A stretch of 16,919 nt of DNA from an uncultured bacterium (GCA_964010765.1 CAXGMD010000074.1:1-16919), one strand, 5' to 3'; counted from the first letter of the stretch, positions 7,899 to 16,919 are shown. Notes: generated from the letters alone by a model not told the origin. Made by a program: numbers and translations.

Positions 7899-8741
7899 TT
7901 AATTTTGTAGAATTCCAGGACGACTAAGATGGTAGGCTTCGACAAATACCGCAGCAAGAATGAGTGCAAAACCGATGATTGGCCAATAGGGACTCCATCT
8001 ACTGCGAATACTTTGTAAATGATAGTCAAGGAGAAACATTGCATAAACAAACCAAACCCCTACTGAGAGAAGTAGCCGCAAAGATGTTTCACCAATCAAA
8101 ATACTTTTGCTGAGCATCACTCCCAAAACTACTCCGATACTCAACAGTAGAAATCCCCATTTTATGGCAACATAGCTTGTTTTTTCTAATGTGCCTAGGG
8201 CTGGCATCCTTAGTCGAAGAACTCCCTCCAATTTAGTCTTGAGTCGATAATTTTGGTAAACAAACAGGCTGCTAGCAAGGCAAGCCAAGCTGAAAAATGT
8301 GTATCCACCAATAGTACTAATTATATGGGTCAAAAGCGCAGTTTGATAAATCCAAGGCTCTTGATTGCTCAAGGCAAGTGCCGGAATGCCACCCTGTGCA
8401 ATACTGATTGAAAGAATAAGAATAAGTACTGCAAATATTGGTAGGATCTCTACTTGTATCAGCTTAGACATTGGCACATGAAACCAAATCAGCCCACCTA
8501 TACTAAACCATGCTACAAAACTCAGGACATCACTGATGAACATGGTTGGCCAGAAAGCTTCCCACCACCATAATCCAATTATCAAGGTGCCGGCATGCAG
8601 TAACCAAAAAACAAAGAAGATTCTCTCACTCCACCTCAATAGCTTGGAATTATGATTTAGTGATTGGGAGAGTCTAACCCCCCAACTGAAAAGATAACCA
8701 AATACACAACCCCACATACCTGTTTGTAGTAGCCAGTTCAC
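7899..8741 (-). CDS. Cytochrome c assembly family membrane protein (CcsA/HemX/YpjD-like) without a WWD motif
   Basis: Multi-TM protein with LLTHII...GYTFF...LFVYQNYRLKTK...RMPALGTLEK...WGFLLLSIGVVLG...SVGVWFVY, the pattern of this family. GTG start overlaps the recJ TGA (GTGA, 8738-8741). Confidence 0.75.
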   Translation of the reverse strand: MNWLLQTGMWGCVFGYLFSWGVRLSQSLNHNSKLLRWSERIFFVFWLLHAGTLIIGLWWWEAFWPTMFISDVLSFVAWFSIGGLIWFHVPMSKLIQVEILPIFAVLILILSISIAQGGIPALALSNQEPWIYQTALLTHIISTIGGYTFFSLACLASSLFVYQNYRLKTKLEGVLRLRMPALGTLEKTSYVAIKWGFLLLSIGVVLGVMLSKSILIGETSLRLLLSVGVWFVYAMFLLDYHLQSIRSRWSPYWPIIGFALILAAVFVEAYHLSRPGILQN

Positions 8742-10477
8742 GCTACTGGCCTTAAATCAAGTACTCTGAATTGAAGAGCATTTTGGTTGAACCTACTTAT
8801 AATTTGAGGGCTCACGACCATATCAAAATACCCTCCCAAGTTGGGATACCAATCCGAACTATCCCAGGCGACTACCTCATATTTTTGATCATCATTGATA
8901 AGATTAAATTTCAGGTGGTTATTCCCAAACAATGAAATTGAATGCGGTTTAACCTTCCTGATGCCAATCACTGGTTCAGGATTATTTGGACCAAAAGGTG
9001 CCAGCCTTATCAAATCGCTAGCAAGCTGAGGGCTTAGATCTTCTTCATTTATCCAAGTTTCTATTTCTAAAAAATTCTCACCAAATTGTTTCTCAAATTC
9101 TTTTCCGCCCATTAAATATTGAAATTGTTCGCGAAAAGCTTCCATGTTTTTCGCCATCAAGCTCAGACCAGCTGCAGCCTGATGGCCACCAAATCTTTCT
9201 AAAACATCTGAACAGTTTGCAAGTACAGAGCGCACGTCAAACCCATCTAAACTACGCGCACTCCCACCAAGAAGTTCCCCTTGGTTTCGTGTCAGGGCTA
9301 ATGTAGTTTTTTGAAATTGGCGGGAAATCTTCGTCGCAATATTGCCCATCACACCCGGATGCCAGTTTTCATCAAATAAAATGATCGCATTGAGATGCGT
9401 CTGCTCAGAAGCCTGTCTCAAAGCACTGTGAAAAATTTCTCTCTCGATCATTTGACGTTCGCTGTTCAACTGAAGCAATTTATCAGCATACGGCTTGGCT
9501 TCGTTCAAGGAATGCGAAAGTAGAAGGCGAACACCAATTCGTGGGTCACTAAGTCGCCCCACTGCATTTATTTTAGGAGCTATTTTAAAGCTGATTGTGG
9601 TGGGAGTTATTCTACCACGTTGATGACTTGCTCGCATCAACGCCTGCAGTCCGGGTCGGGGGTGATCGTTCAGCACTTCCAAACCAGCCTGAACAAAGAA
9701 TCGGTTTTCGCCGGTCAGAGGCACTCTATCAGCTATCGTGGCAAGGCATACCAGATCCAAATCCCTTTTTAAGTCTGGCCTTATATAGCTGGTCTCCTGC
9801 CAATAACCTTTCTCTGTCAAGGTTTGATCCAAAGCTTGAAGCAGCTTATAAGCCACACCAGTACCACACAAGCCCTTGAAAGGATACTTACAGTTGGGTT
9901 GCTGAGGGTTGATCATTGCCGTAGCGTTCGGAATCTCTTCACCCAGAAGATGATGATCCGTGATCAGCAATTCCATGCCCAGTTCACGAATTATCAGAGC
10001 CTCCTCTACAGCAGTTGCTCCGTTGTCAACGGTCAGAATGAGGTCTGTTTTTCGACTTTTAAGCTCAACCAACGTCGGCTCGGTCAGCCCATAGCCATCT
10101 TTCAGGCGCTCAGGTATGAAATAATGCGCCTTGAGACCGATTCTTTTAAGATATCGATAGAGAATGACCGCACCAGCGGTACCATCAACGTCATAATCTC
10201 CATAGACAACCAAAGTTTCCCCATGGTTAAGAGCCTTTAAGATTCTCTCGACAGCTATCTGCATATCAGCCATCAAGAAAGGATCTGAACAATGCTCAAA
10301 GCGGGGATACAAAAAAGCTTCAATTTCCTCCAACTTTTCGAGTTGGCGAATTGTCAGAAGCTCCGCAACTACCTTTGACAACCCTAATTCTTTGCGAATG
10401 TGGTTGACAAGAAACGTCGATGAAGGTGATTCCAAATCCTGCCACGACAGGTCCCGAAAACTAGGGAGCTTTGTCAT
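8738..10477 (-). CDS. recJ: Single-stranded DNA 5'-3' exonuclease RecJ
   Basis: YGDYDVDG, TVDNG, TDHH, TIADRVPL, APKINAVGRL, WHPGVMG, GSARS, FGGHQAAAG, LAPFGPNNPEP; all DHH/DHHA1 motifs intact. Confidence 0.97.
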   Translation of the reverse strand: MTKLPSFRDLSWQDLESPSSTFLVNHIRKELGLSKVVAELLTIRQLEKLEEIEAFLYPRFEHCSDPFLMADMQIAVERILKALNHGETLVVYGDYDVDGTAGAVILYRYLKRIGLKAHYFIPERLKDGYGLTEPTLVELKSRKTDLILTVDNGATAVEEALIIRELGMELLITDHHLLGEEIPNATAMINPQQPNCKYPFKGLCGTGVAYKLLQALDQTLTEKGYWQETSYIRPDLKRDLDLVCLATIADRVPLTGENRFFVQAGLEVLNDHPRPGLQALMRASHQRGRITPTTISFKIAPKINAVGRLSDPRIGVRLLLSHSLNEAKPYADKLLQLNSERQMIEREIFHSALRQASEQTHLNAIILFDENWHPGVMGNIATKISRQFQKTTLALTRNQGELLGGSARSLDGFDVRSVLANCSDVLERFGGHQAAAGLSLMAKNMEAFREQFQYLMGGKEFEKQFGENFLEIETWINEEDLSPQLASDLIRLAPFGPNNPEPVIGIRKVKPHSISLFGNNHLKFNLINDDQKYEVVAWDSSDWYPNLGGYFDMVVSPQIISRFNQNALQFRVLDLRPVA

Positions 10478-10510
10478 GTGAGGACCAATTAAACCATTAA
10501 AATTTATGTG

Positions 10511-10546
10511 GAAAAATTAAATCTAATCTAGCAAGAAAAATTAAAT
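10511..10546. repeat. 12-bp perfect direct repeat GAAAAATTAAAT x2
   Basis: Copies at 10511-10522 and 10535-10546 (24-bp period), flanking the putative -10 element. Confidence 0.6.
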
Positions 10547-10553
10547 AAGTCTA
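10525..10553 (-). promoter_or_regulatory. Putative sigma70-type promoter for the recJ operon
   Basis: Minus strand reads TAGACT (10553-10548), a 17-nt spacer ending in TGc, then TAGATT (10530-10525), about 48 nt upstream of the recJ ATG in an AT-rich intergenic region. Confidence 0.45.
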
Positions 10554-10591
10554 CTTTGCCTCATCTGGTACCAAGTGTTACTATTGAAAAT

Positions 10592-11131
10592 TTATTTTGA
10601 TAATTTTGAGCTGAATCTACCTGGGATCATAAGTTGTAGAGTAGCAGTTTCGGGCGCAATTTCTGACCACAAAGAGATATTCAAGTTCATCTGGACGAAT
10701 GAACCCGTGGTTATCTGCAGAGGAATTGAAACTATAGATCCCGTGAGGATCCAAGAGATAAATTCTTCCAAACCTGGATTATGACCAACGATCAGAAGTG
10801 TTTGGATTTTTTCAGGAACTTCCTGAATTCTAGAAAGTATTTCTTCTTTAGAGGCGTGATAAAGCTCCTTTTCTTCTTCAATTTTGAAGAGAGTCGACAT
10901 TCCCCGACAAAAACCAGTTAAAGTATCAAGTGTTCTCCTGGAGTGTGAAGTAAGTATCAACTCAGGTGGTAAATTCAGCATCGCTGCAAGATTAGCCAGA
11001 CCAGGAAGATTATCTTTGCCTCTTTTATTCAGTGGCCGATCAAGATCAGAAAGATTTGAATTGTCCCAAGCTGATTTAGCATGCCTCAATAAATACAGGG
11101 TCTTTAGTGGATTCTGAGTTATTTTATCCAT
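10592..11131 (-). CDS. sixA: SixA-like histidine phosphatase
   Basis: LYLLRHAKS (RHA/G motif), DRPLNKRG, IVGHNPGLE. ATG 11131 is preceded by AGGA (SD-like) and is preferred over TTG 11146. Confidence 0.88.
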   Translation of the reverse strand: MDKITQNPLKTLYLLRHAKSAWDNSNLSDLDRPLNKRGKDNLPGLANLAAMLNLPPELILTSHSRRTLDTLTGFCRGMSTLFKIEEEKELYHASKEEILSRIQEVPEKIQTLLIVGHNPGLEEFISWILTGSIVSIPLQITTGSFVQMNLNISLWSEIAPETATLQLMIPGRFSSKLSK

Positions 11132-11152
11132 TTCGTCCTGCTGCAAATCTAG

Positions 11153-11938
11153 TCAACTCTTTTGAAGAAAATTCACTATCTCTGATAAAACATAGTCTTG
11201 AGATGTTTTTTCCAACATGGGGTGGTGACCTGCTTTCTCAAAGAATATAGATTTCACTTCAGATCTTTTCGCCTTTTTTTGTAAAAGACTACTCACTCCA
11301 GGGCCGATCACATCATCCTGTCCACCTTCCACAACAAGAATGTTTTGTTCCAATTGTGGGATAATTTCCAAAACTAGGTCCTGAAGATCAATCAATTGCA
11401 ACACAGCTTTCAAGGAGTGCTCTGAGTAACCCTGCCACTGAAGATCAACACTTTTTTTTTCTTTGGGAAAAGTGCTTTTAAAGAATGAAAGCAGCCAAAT
11501 CAACTGCCTTTTCCAATCTGGGAGATTTAACTGAAGCGCTGGCGCAACAAGAACCACTCCTTTTGGACGAATAGTCTGTAAACATGCCAACCAAAGCGCA
11601 AGCAGACCTCCGGCCGATTCACCAGCGATGAAAGTTTCATCACAATATTGATTCAATTCTCGCCAGCAGTGCTCGACCTTTTCAGCCCAATCTCGCCAGG
11701 TCGTTGTGGCTAACTTTTCAAGATTTTCTCCATGACCCGGAAGTAATGGTGCGGAAATAGTCCATTCTAGTTCGCCAAGTAGACTAGCAATCGGCCGGAC
11801 AGAGTTAGTTGTTGCAGTAAGACCGTGTAGGAGGAGAATACCTCGTCCACTTCTCTTTTCAAATAAACTATCTCCAGCCAAATGAGGATTTACTAAGTTT
11901 TTTGGATTAATCACTTCACAATCTTTCTTAAAATTCAT
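11153..11938 (-). CDS. Alpha/beta-hydrolase carboxylesterase / monoacylglycerol lipase-like
   Basis: GILLLHGLT oxyanion motif, PLLPGHG, nucleophile elbow GESAGG, acid residue in QDDVI and His in AGHH; triad appears complete. Confidence 0.88.
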   Translation of the reverse strand: MNFKKDCEVINPKNLVNPHLAGDSLFEKRSGRGILLLHGLTATTNSVRPIASLLGELEWTISAPLLPGHGENLEKLATTTWRDWAEKVEHCWRELNQYCDETFIAGESAGGLLALWLACLQTIRPKGVVLVAPALQLNLPDWKRQLIWLLSFFKSTFPKEKKSVDLQWQGYSEHSLKAVLQLIDLQDLVLEIIPQLEQNILVVEGGQDDVIGPGVSSLLQKKAKRSEVKSIFFEKAGHHPMLEKTSQDYVLSEIVNFLQKS

Positions 11939-12092
11939 CTTGCAAAATTGGCAAATTACCGAAAATCATTTTTTAGTTAGGTTAACTTCGAATGAAGTAT
12001 ACCAACAAACTGATGTGATTTTTAAGATTTCAAATAACATTTGGTAATTATTCTTTCTTAAGAGAGTACCACATTATAAAACAGTTAAAGCA

Positions 12093-13034
12093 ATGATTGA
12101 AGTTATTGAAATATCAAGAAATTTTGGAAAATTTCAAGCTGTGAATAAAGTTTCTTTTCAAGTGCAAAAGAGCAAGGTACTAGGGTTTTTAGGACCAAAC
12201 GGCGCAGGTAAATCTACGACCATGAAAATGCTAACAGGCTATCTCCAACCCAGCAGTGGAGATGCATTCATTTGCGGCCACAGTGTCACCAAACAATCAA
12301 TCAAAGCCAGAGCGGAAATTGGCTACCTTCCAGAGAGTGCACCTTCTTACGGTGAAATGCAGGTAGAAGAGTTCCTGAGATTCGCCGGGAAGGTGAGGGG
12401 ACTGAATGGGGAAAGGTTAAATTTCCAGATTGAAAAAGTCTTGGAAGAAACATCATTGAAGACTGTAAGAAATCAACTTATTGAGACTCTTTCAAAAGGC
12501 TACCGCCAGCGTACTTGTCTTGCCCAATCTCTGCTTCATGACCCACCCGTCTTGCTGTTAGATGAACCCACAGATGGCCTCGACCCTAACCAAAAACATG
12601 AGGTTCGAAACCTAATCAGCCAATTGAAGGAAGATCGGACAATTTTAGTTTCTACCCATATTCTAGAGGAGGTTGAGGCAATCTGCTCCCGAGTAATCAT
12701 TCTCTCGGAAGGCAAAATAGTTGGTGATGGAACACCTGAAGAACTTCTTTCGAGGTCCATCTACCACAACGCAATTAACTTAAAAATTAGTGCACAATCC
12801 AATCAGGATTTTCAGCAAATTCTCCAAGAAATTCCTAGTGTTGAGAAAGTTGAGATCCATGGTACCAACCACCAAACTCTTAAATTCCTTATTTTGCCAA
12901 AGCAAGGAAAATCCATTTTGGAAGAAGTGAAGGAACGTCTCGATCAAAACAACGTCAAAATAGTAGAGATGTATGTGGAGAAAGGTCGTTTAGACGAGGT
13001 ATTTCGCCAAATGACTACAATGGAGGCCACATGA
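12093..13034 (+). CDS. ABC-2 type ATP-binding protein (GldA-like)
   Basis: GFLGPNGAGKSTT, IGYLPE, LSKGYRQR, LLLDEPTDGLDP, STHILEEV; ATGA overlap with the next gene. Confidence 0.93.
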   Translation: MIEVIEISRNFGKFQAVNKVSFQVQKSKVLGFLGPNGAGKSTTMKMLTGYLQPSSGDAFICGHSVTKQSIKARAEIGYLPESAPSYGEMQVEEFLRFAGKVRGLNGERLNFQIEKVLEETSLKTVRNQLIETLSKGYRQRTCLAQSLLHDPPVLLLDEPTDGLDPNQKHEVRNLISQLKEDRTILVSTHILEEVEAICSRVIILSEGKIVGDGTPEELLSRSIYHNAINLKISAQSNQDFQQILQEIPSVEKVEIHGTNHQTLKFLILPKQGKSILEEVKERLDQNNVKIVEMYVEKGRLDEVFRQMTTMEAT

Positions 13035-13765
13035 ACGGAATAGTCCCTATTTTCGAACGCGAACTCTATGCGTATTTTCGGTCACCTGTTGCTTATGTCT
13101 TTATCATAGTATTCCTGATTGCATCCACGAGTTGCACATTTTTCTTGGGAGGTTTTTACGAATCACAGCAAGCCAGCCTGGAAATTTTCTTCTTGTTTCA
13201 TCCTTGGCTATATCTCTTCCTCATTCCTGCAGTCGGCATGAGGCTCTGGGCTGAGGAACGTCGTTCAGGAACCGCCGAATTGTTGCTGACTTTCCCAATA
13301 CATCCTCATACAGCTGTGCTAGGAAAATTTCTGGCTGGTTGGGTTTTTATTGGCTTAGCCCTACTGCTAACTTTTCCAATGATCATTACAGTAAATTATC
13401 TAGGACAACCTGATCACGGACCAATTTTTACCGGATATCTGGGGAGTTTTCTGATGGCAGGAGCTTATCTAGCAATATCAATCTGCACTTCGGCCCTCAC
13501 GAAGAATCAGGTGATCAGCTTTATTCTCAGTGTTGTGATTTGCCTAATTTTAGTTCTTTTGGGATGGGGTGTTTTGACTGATTCACTAAATCATCTATTT
13601 CCTGTCTGGATTGCGGATTTAGTTAGTCAATTCAGTTTCACTGCTCATTTTGATGCCATCAGGAGAGGCGTGATTGATTTTAGAGATGTGATTTATTTCT
13701 GTTCTATTATCGGATTTATGCTGGTGCTAAATGTTCGAATCTTAACAACCAGCAAAAGTCGTTAA
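13031..13765 (+). CDS. ABC-2 type permease (GldF-like)
   Basis: RELYAYFRSPVAY, MRLWAEERRSGTAELLLT, VLGKF, SALTKNQVISF, RGVIDFRD; GGAGG SD upstream. Confidence 0.92.
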   Translation: MNGIVPIFERELYAYFRSPVAYVFIIVFLIASTSCTFFLGGFYESQQASLEIFFLFHPWLYLFLIPAVGMRLWAEERRSGTAELLLTFPIHPHTAVLGKFLAGWVFIGLALLLTFPMIITVNYLGQPDHGPIFTGYLGSFLMAGAYLAISICTSALTKNQVISFILSVVICLILVLLGWGVLTDSLNHLFPVWIADLVSQFSFTAHFDAIRRGVIDFRDVIYFCSIIGFMLVLNVRILTTSKSR

Positions 13766-13781
13766 TTTTGGATGAGGTAAA

Positions 13782-15611
13782 ATGAAGAACTGGTCCTTGA
13801 ATAGTATTTTTCTGCTGTTGCTACTCGTTTGTTTAATTTCTATCAACGCTGTCGCATATCATGTTCCCCTACGAATAGATGCGACAACTGACAAACTCTA
13901 CACAATTTCAGAGGGTTCCAAAAAAATATTGACGGAGTTAGAAGATCCGGTTCGTGTTAAATTTTATTTCAGCTTTCACAATGAACAATTGCCTCCAAGC
14001 CTAAAAACATACGCTCAGCGAGTTGTTGAGTTGTTGGGTGAATATCAAACGATTTCCTTGGGAAAAATGACCCTGGAAGTCTTCGATCCTAAACCAGATA
14101 CAGAGGAGGAGGAGTGGGCAATCCGTTATGGGATGGAAGCACCAAAACTTCCCAATGGGGATAGCATCTTTTTTGGAGCCACATTTCTGCAAGTGGATCA
14201 AGAAATAACTATCCCTTTCTTTGACCCAAGGAGGCAGGAGTTTTTAGAGTATGACATCACTCTAGCAATCCACAGAGTAACCGAAGTCGAATTGCCAAAG
14301 ATTGCCATCTGGTCAGACCTCCCGATAAAAGGTAATCCACAGTTGATGATGCAACGACAAGGTGGAGAACCTTGGGCTTTATCAGAGGAAATTGAAAAAC
14401 TGTTTGATGTCGAGTTTTTACAATCTTCGTCAGGATCAATTTCAAATGATATTGATCTCCTCATGCTTCTACATCCAAAAAATCTAACTGATAATCAACT
14501 CTATCAGATTGACCAATACGTGCTGAAGGGTGGTAACCTTTTTCTTGCTTTGGACCCAAATGCCCGAGCAGAAGCTGCGACAGGAGGGCAGTCTCCTCAA
14601 AGTTTTGCTAGTGATTTGCCGAGATTACTTGAGAGTTGGGGAGTTCGTTATGATTCAAACCAAGTAGTTGGGGATCTCCAGCTTGCCACTTCAGTCAACA
14701 GTCGCAATGGAGTTTTGAGATTCCCTCCCTGGATCTCACTCGGCGTGAACCAACTCGACCGCCAGCATCCAATTACAAGTCAACTAGAGCAATTATTGTT
14801 CGCTGAGGCGGGGAATTTATCTCCATTAGATAATGCGACTACTACTTTTGAAGCTTTGATCAAAACCTCACCAAACAGCGGCTCTATCGATGCGCTTCAA
14901 CTGCGCTTTGGAAGCCCTGAGCAAATCGCCCGCAACATACAGGTGGATGGTCAACAAAAAACACTTCTGGCCCAAATTCATGGCACCTTTCAAAGTGCGT
15001 TTTCTGAGGGACCACCTGAGGGAGTAAGCGATGAGTCTTTTATCAAGAGATCTGAAGCATCCAGAACCATTTTGTTAGCTTCAGACGTTGACTGGATGAC
15101 AGACGGTTTTTCAATTCAAAGACTGAACTTGCTGGGTCAAAGTATTGTCCAACCCACCAATGACAATCTGAACTTGGCTTTGAATATCATTGAATATTTG
15201 AGCGGAAACGATGCCTTGCGTGAAATCCGTTCCAGAGGACAATTTCAACGCCCATTCACTCGTGTACTGGCACTTCAACAAGAAGCCCAAATTAAGTACC
15301 AACAGGAAGAAAATCAACTGCAAGCCAGTCTCGATAAAGTCCAAAATGAGCTAAATAATTTGCTTCAGGGGGTTCAGAAAGGAGAAAAGGAAATTCTCTT
15401 GCCCAAAGAAGTTCAAGATAAAATTGCTAATTTTCGAGAGCAGGAACGCCAAACCAGGCGTGAGTTGCGTGAGGTCAGAAAAATCCTTAGACAAGATATT
15501 GAAGAACTTGGTAATAATTTGCTTCTGGCAAACATGTTAATCGTTCCAGGTTTTGTAGGACTCTTTGGTTTTTTGATTTATCGTCGTCGGACAAGCGGAT
15601 TTAGAAACTAA
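13782..15611 (+). CDS. GldG-like ABC accessory / substrate-binding membrane protein
   Basis: N-terminal TM, RIDATTDKLYTISEGS, LEYDIT, IDQYVLKGG..LDP, NLNLALNIIEYLSG...EIRSRG..RPFT, long coiled coil, C-terminal TM followed by RRR; GAGG SD upstream. Confidence 0.9.
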   Translation: MKNWSLNSIFLLLLLVCLISINAVAYHVPLRIDATTDKLYTISEGSKKILTELEDPVRVKFYFSFHNEQLPPSLKTYAQRVVELLGEYQTISLGKMTLEVFDPKPDTEEEEWAIRYGMEAPKLPNGDSIFFGATFLQVDQEITIPFFDPRRQEFLEYDITLAIHRVTEVELPKIAIWSDLPIKGNPQLMMQRQGGEPWALSEEIEKLFDVEFLQSSSGSISNDIDLLMLLHPKNLTDNQLYQIDQYVLKGGNLFLALDPNARAEAATGGQSPQSFASDLPRLLESWGVRYDSNQVVGDLQLATSVNSRNGVLRFPPWISLGVNQLDRQHPITSQLEQLLFAEAGNLSPLDNATTTFEALIKTSPNSGSIDALQLRFGSPEQIARNIQVDGQQKTLLAQIHGTFQSAFSEGPPEGVSDESFIKRSEASRTILLASDVDWMTDGFSIQRLNLLGQSIVQPTNDNLNLALNIIEYLSGNDALREIRSRGQFQRPFTRVLALQQEAQIKYQQEENQLQASLDKVQNELNNLLQGVQKGEKEILLPKEVQDKIANFREQERQTRRELREVRKILRQDIEELGNNLLLANMLIVPGFVGLFGFLIYRRRTSGFRN

Positions 15612-15658
15612 AGATTGAATATTCGAGTTTTTTTGAAATGAAATCTAACTAGCAATTC

Positions 15659-16915
15659 ATGATACGACTCCCAATAAATGAACAAAAGCTTTTGCGAATG
15701 GCTACTGAGGTAATACTAGTACTGTTGATTCAACAATTTTTCTTTGGATTAGCATTCGCAGTTGAGCCGGATTGGGCAACTCTAAAAAAAAGAGTTCAGC
15801 CGCACATACAAAAGGGAGTTCTCTTAGTTGCCAAGAGAGGTGAGACTCGTTTCCACTACACGACGGATCCCGAAAGAAAATGGATCCCGGCTTCGACATT
15901 GAAAGTTCCACTGGCTCTATATGCTCTCGATGTTTGGGGAGAGGATCATCATTTCCAGACAGAGGTTTATCTTCGTGACAATCAAGATTTGTTAATCAAG
16001 GGGCTGGGTGATCCATTTTTTGTCTCTGAAGAAATTCAACTTTTGGGTAGAGAGCTCCAAGGCAAAATCGCATCAAAGATGAGACATTTACTGCTTGATA
16101 ACTCAGCATTTACATTTCCTCTTCAAGCAGATGGAGTTGAGAGGTCACGTAATCCATACGATGCTCTAAATGGAGCTTTATTGGTCAATTTCAACACCGC
16201 TTCTCTTGAAAAGAAAACGGATGGGACCCTAATTTCAGCTGAAAAGCAAACTCCGCTGACTCCGCTTACAATTTCCCTAGGAAAGCAACTCAAACCTGGT
16301 AAACAACGGATTAATCTAGCTGAAGATCCAGCTTTTGCACAAAGATATTCAGGTGAATTGATGCAAGCCATCTGGAAGGAAAATGAAGTGGAATTTACGG
16401 GAGAAATCAAAAATTCGCTTAAAAAGGAGAATGACAAATTGATCTTTCAGTACAAAAATTCCAAATCACTGAAAGAAATTCTCGAAAAAATGCTCAAGTA
16501 TTCAAATAATTTTATTGCGAATCAGATTTTGCTCTCTGCACCCCTTGAAAAAAATCATTCATCGATCGACTTTGAAAGATCAATCAAACCTTGGAAAGAT
16601 TGGTGGCAAAATAAAGTGGGGATCAGTCCAGAAAAGATCAGCCTGGTGGAAGCATCTGGAATATCTAGAAAGAATAGGTTGAGCGAGATGGACATGCTGA
16701 AAGTATTGGAACTGCTTCGAATGCATCCGCATCTACTTTCAAAGTATCAGGGATTAACGTCTAAAACTGGCTCACTAAAGGGGGTATACAGTTTGGTGGG
16801 ATATGCGGGCAATCAAGATGAGTGGGAATTCGTGCTGTTCCTTGAGCAAGAAAAAAATACTCGAGAAAAGATCGCCAAGGAAATCTTTTCATTTTTCAGT
16901 CATGTTGCTGAATAA
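15659..16915 (+). CDS. dacB: D-alanyl-D-alanine carboxypeptidase/endopeptidase, peptidase S13 (PBP4/DacB-like)
   Basis: SxxK (PASTLK), IKGLGDP, SxN (KYSNNFIA), EASGISRKNR, KTG (KTGSLKGV). Signal peptide ends in AFA; alternative start ATG 15698. Confidence 0.88.
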   Translation: MIRLPINEQKLLRMATEVILVLLIQQFFFGLAFAVEPDWATLKKRVQPHIQKGVLLVAKRGETRFHYTTDPERKWIPASTLKVPLALYALDVWGEDHHFQTEVYLRDNQDLLIKGLGDPFFVSEEIQLLGRELQGKIASKMRHLLLDNSAFTFPLQADGVERSRNPYDALNGALLVNFNTASLEKKTDGTLISAEKQTPLTPLTISLGKQLKPGKQRINLAEDPAFAQRYSGELMQAIWKENEVEFTGEIKNSLKKENDKLIFQYKNSKSLKEILEKMLKYSNNFIANQILLSAPLEKNHSSIDFERSIKPWKDWWQNKVGISPEKISLVEASGISRKNRLSEMDMLKVLELLRMHPHLLSKYQGLTSKTGSLKGVYSLVGYAGNQDEWEFVLFLEQEKNTREKIAKEIFSFFSHVAE

Positions 16916-16919
16916 TTTT

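Noticed and set aside
9595..10240. Plus-strand ORFs of 94 and 138 aa
   Set aside because: Entirely antisense to conserved recJ, with no domain-like features.
12093..15611. Gliding motility function for the GldA/F/G-like genes
   Set aside because: Homologues occur widely in organisms without Bacteroidota-type gliding, and no other gld or T9SS genes are in the window.
10575..16437. Remaining short ORFs overlapping sixA, the ABC genes and dacB
   Set aside because: All are antisense to well-supported genes and lack independent coding signals.
1..16919. CRISPR arrays, tRNA/rRNA, IS elements, prophage or defence genes
   Set aside because: No periodic repeat-spacer pattern, structured RNA gene or transposase/integrase motif was seen by eye. 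Intergenic gaps are all under about 160 bp. A covariance-model search was not possible.

Overview
Gene-dense bacterial chromosomal window, roughly 40% GC by eye. I saw no rRNA, tRNA, CRISPR array or mobile element. Gene content suggests a Gram-negative, possibly deltaproteobacteria-like lineage (inference only). Left to right: (-) a large signal-peptide-bearing WD40 protein with about 14 repeats that is missing from the ORF track and runs off the left edge; (+) tatC-trkH; (-) a tightly packed operon of recJ, a CcsA/HemX/YpjD-like membrane protein, a trans-prenyltransferase homologue, an lpxH-like gene and an ABC exporter half-transporter; (-) carboxylesterase-sixA; (+) a GldA/GldF/GldG-like ABC system followed by a peptidase S13 (DacB/PBP4-like) gene. 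Most notable: (1) the intact, full-length IspB-like gene has lost both DDxxD motifs and other catalytic motifs, so it is a candidate bacterial non-catalytic prenyltransferase subunit reminiscent of eukaryotic Dlp1/PDSS2; (2) the ABC exporter frame is open from the in-frame lpxH TAA, and its first TM segment lies upstream of the first ATG/GTG/TTG, implying a non-canonical (CTG) start, readthrough or a sequence error; (3) several neighbours also deviate at family signature motifs.
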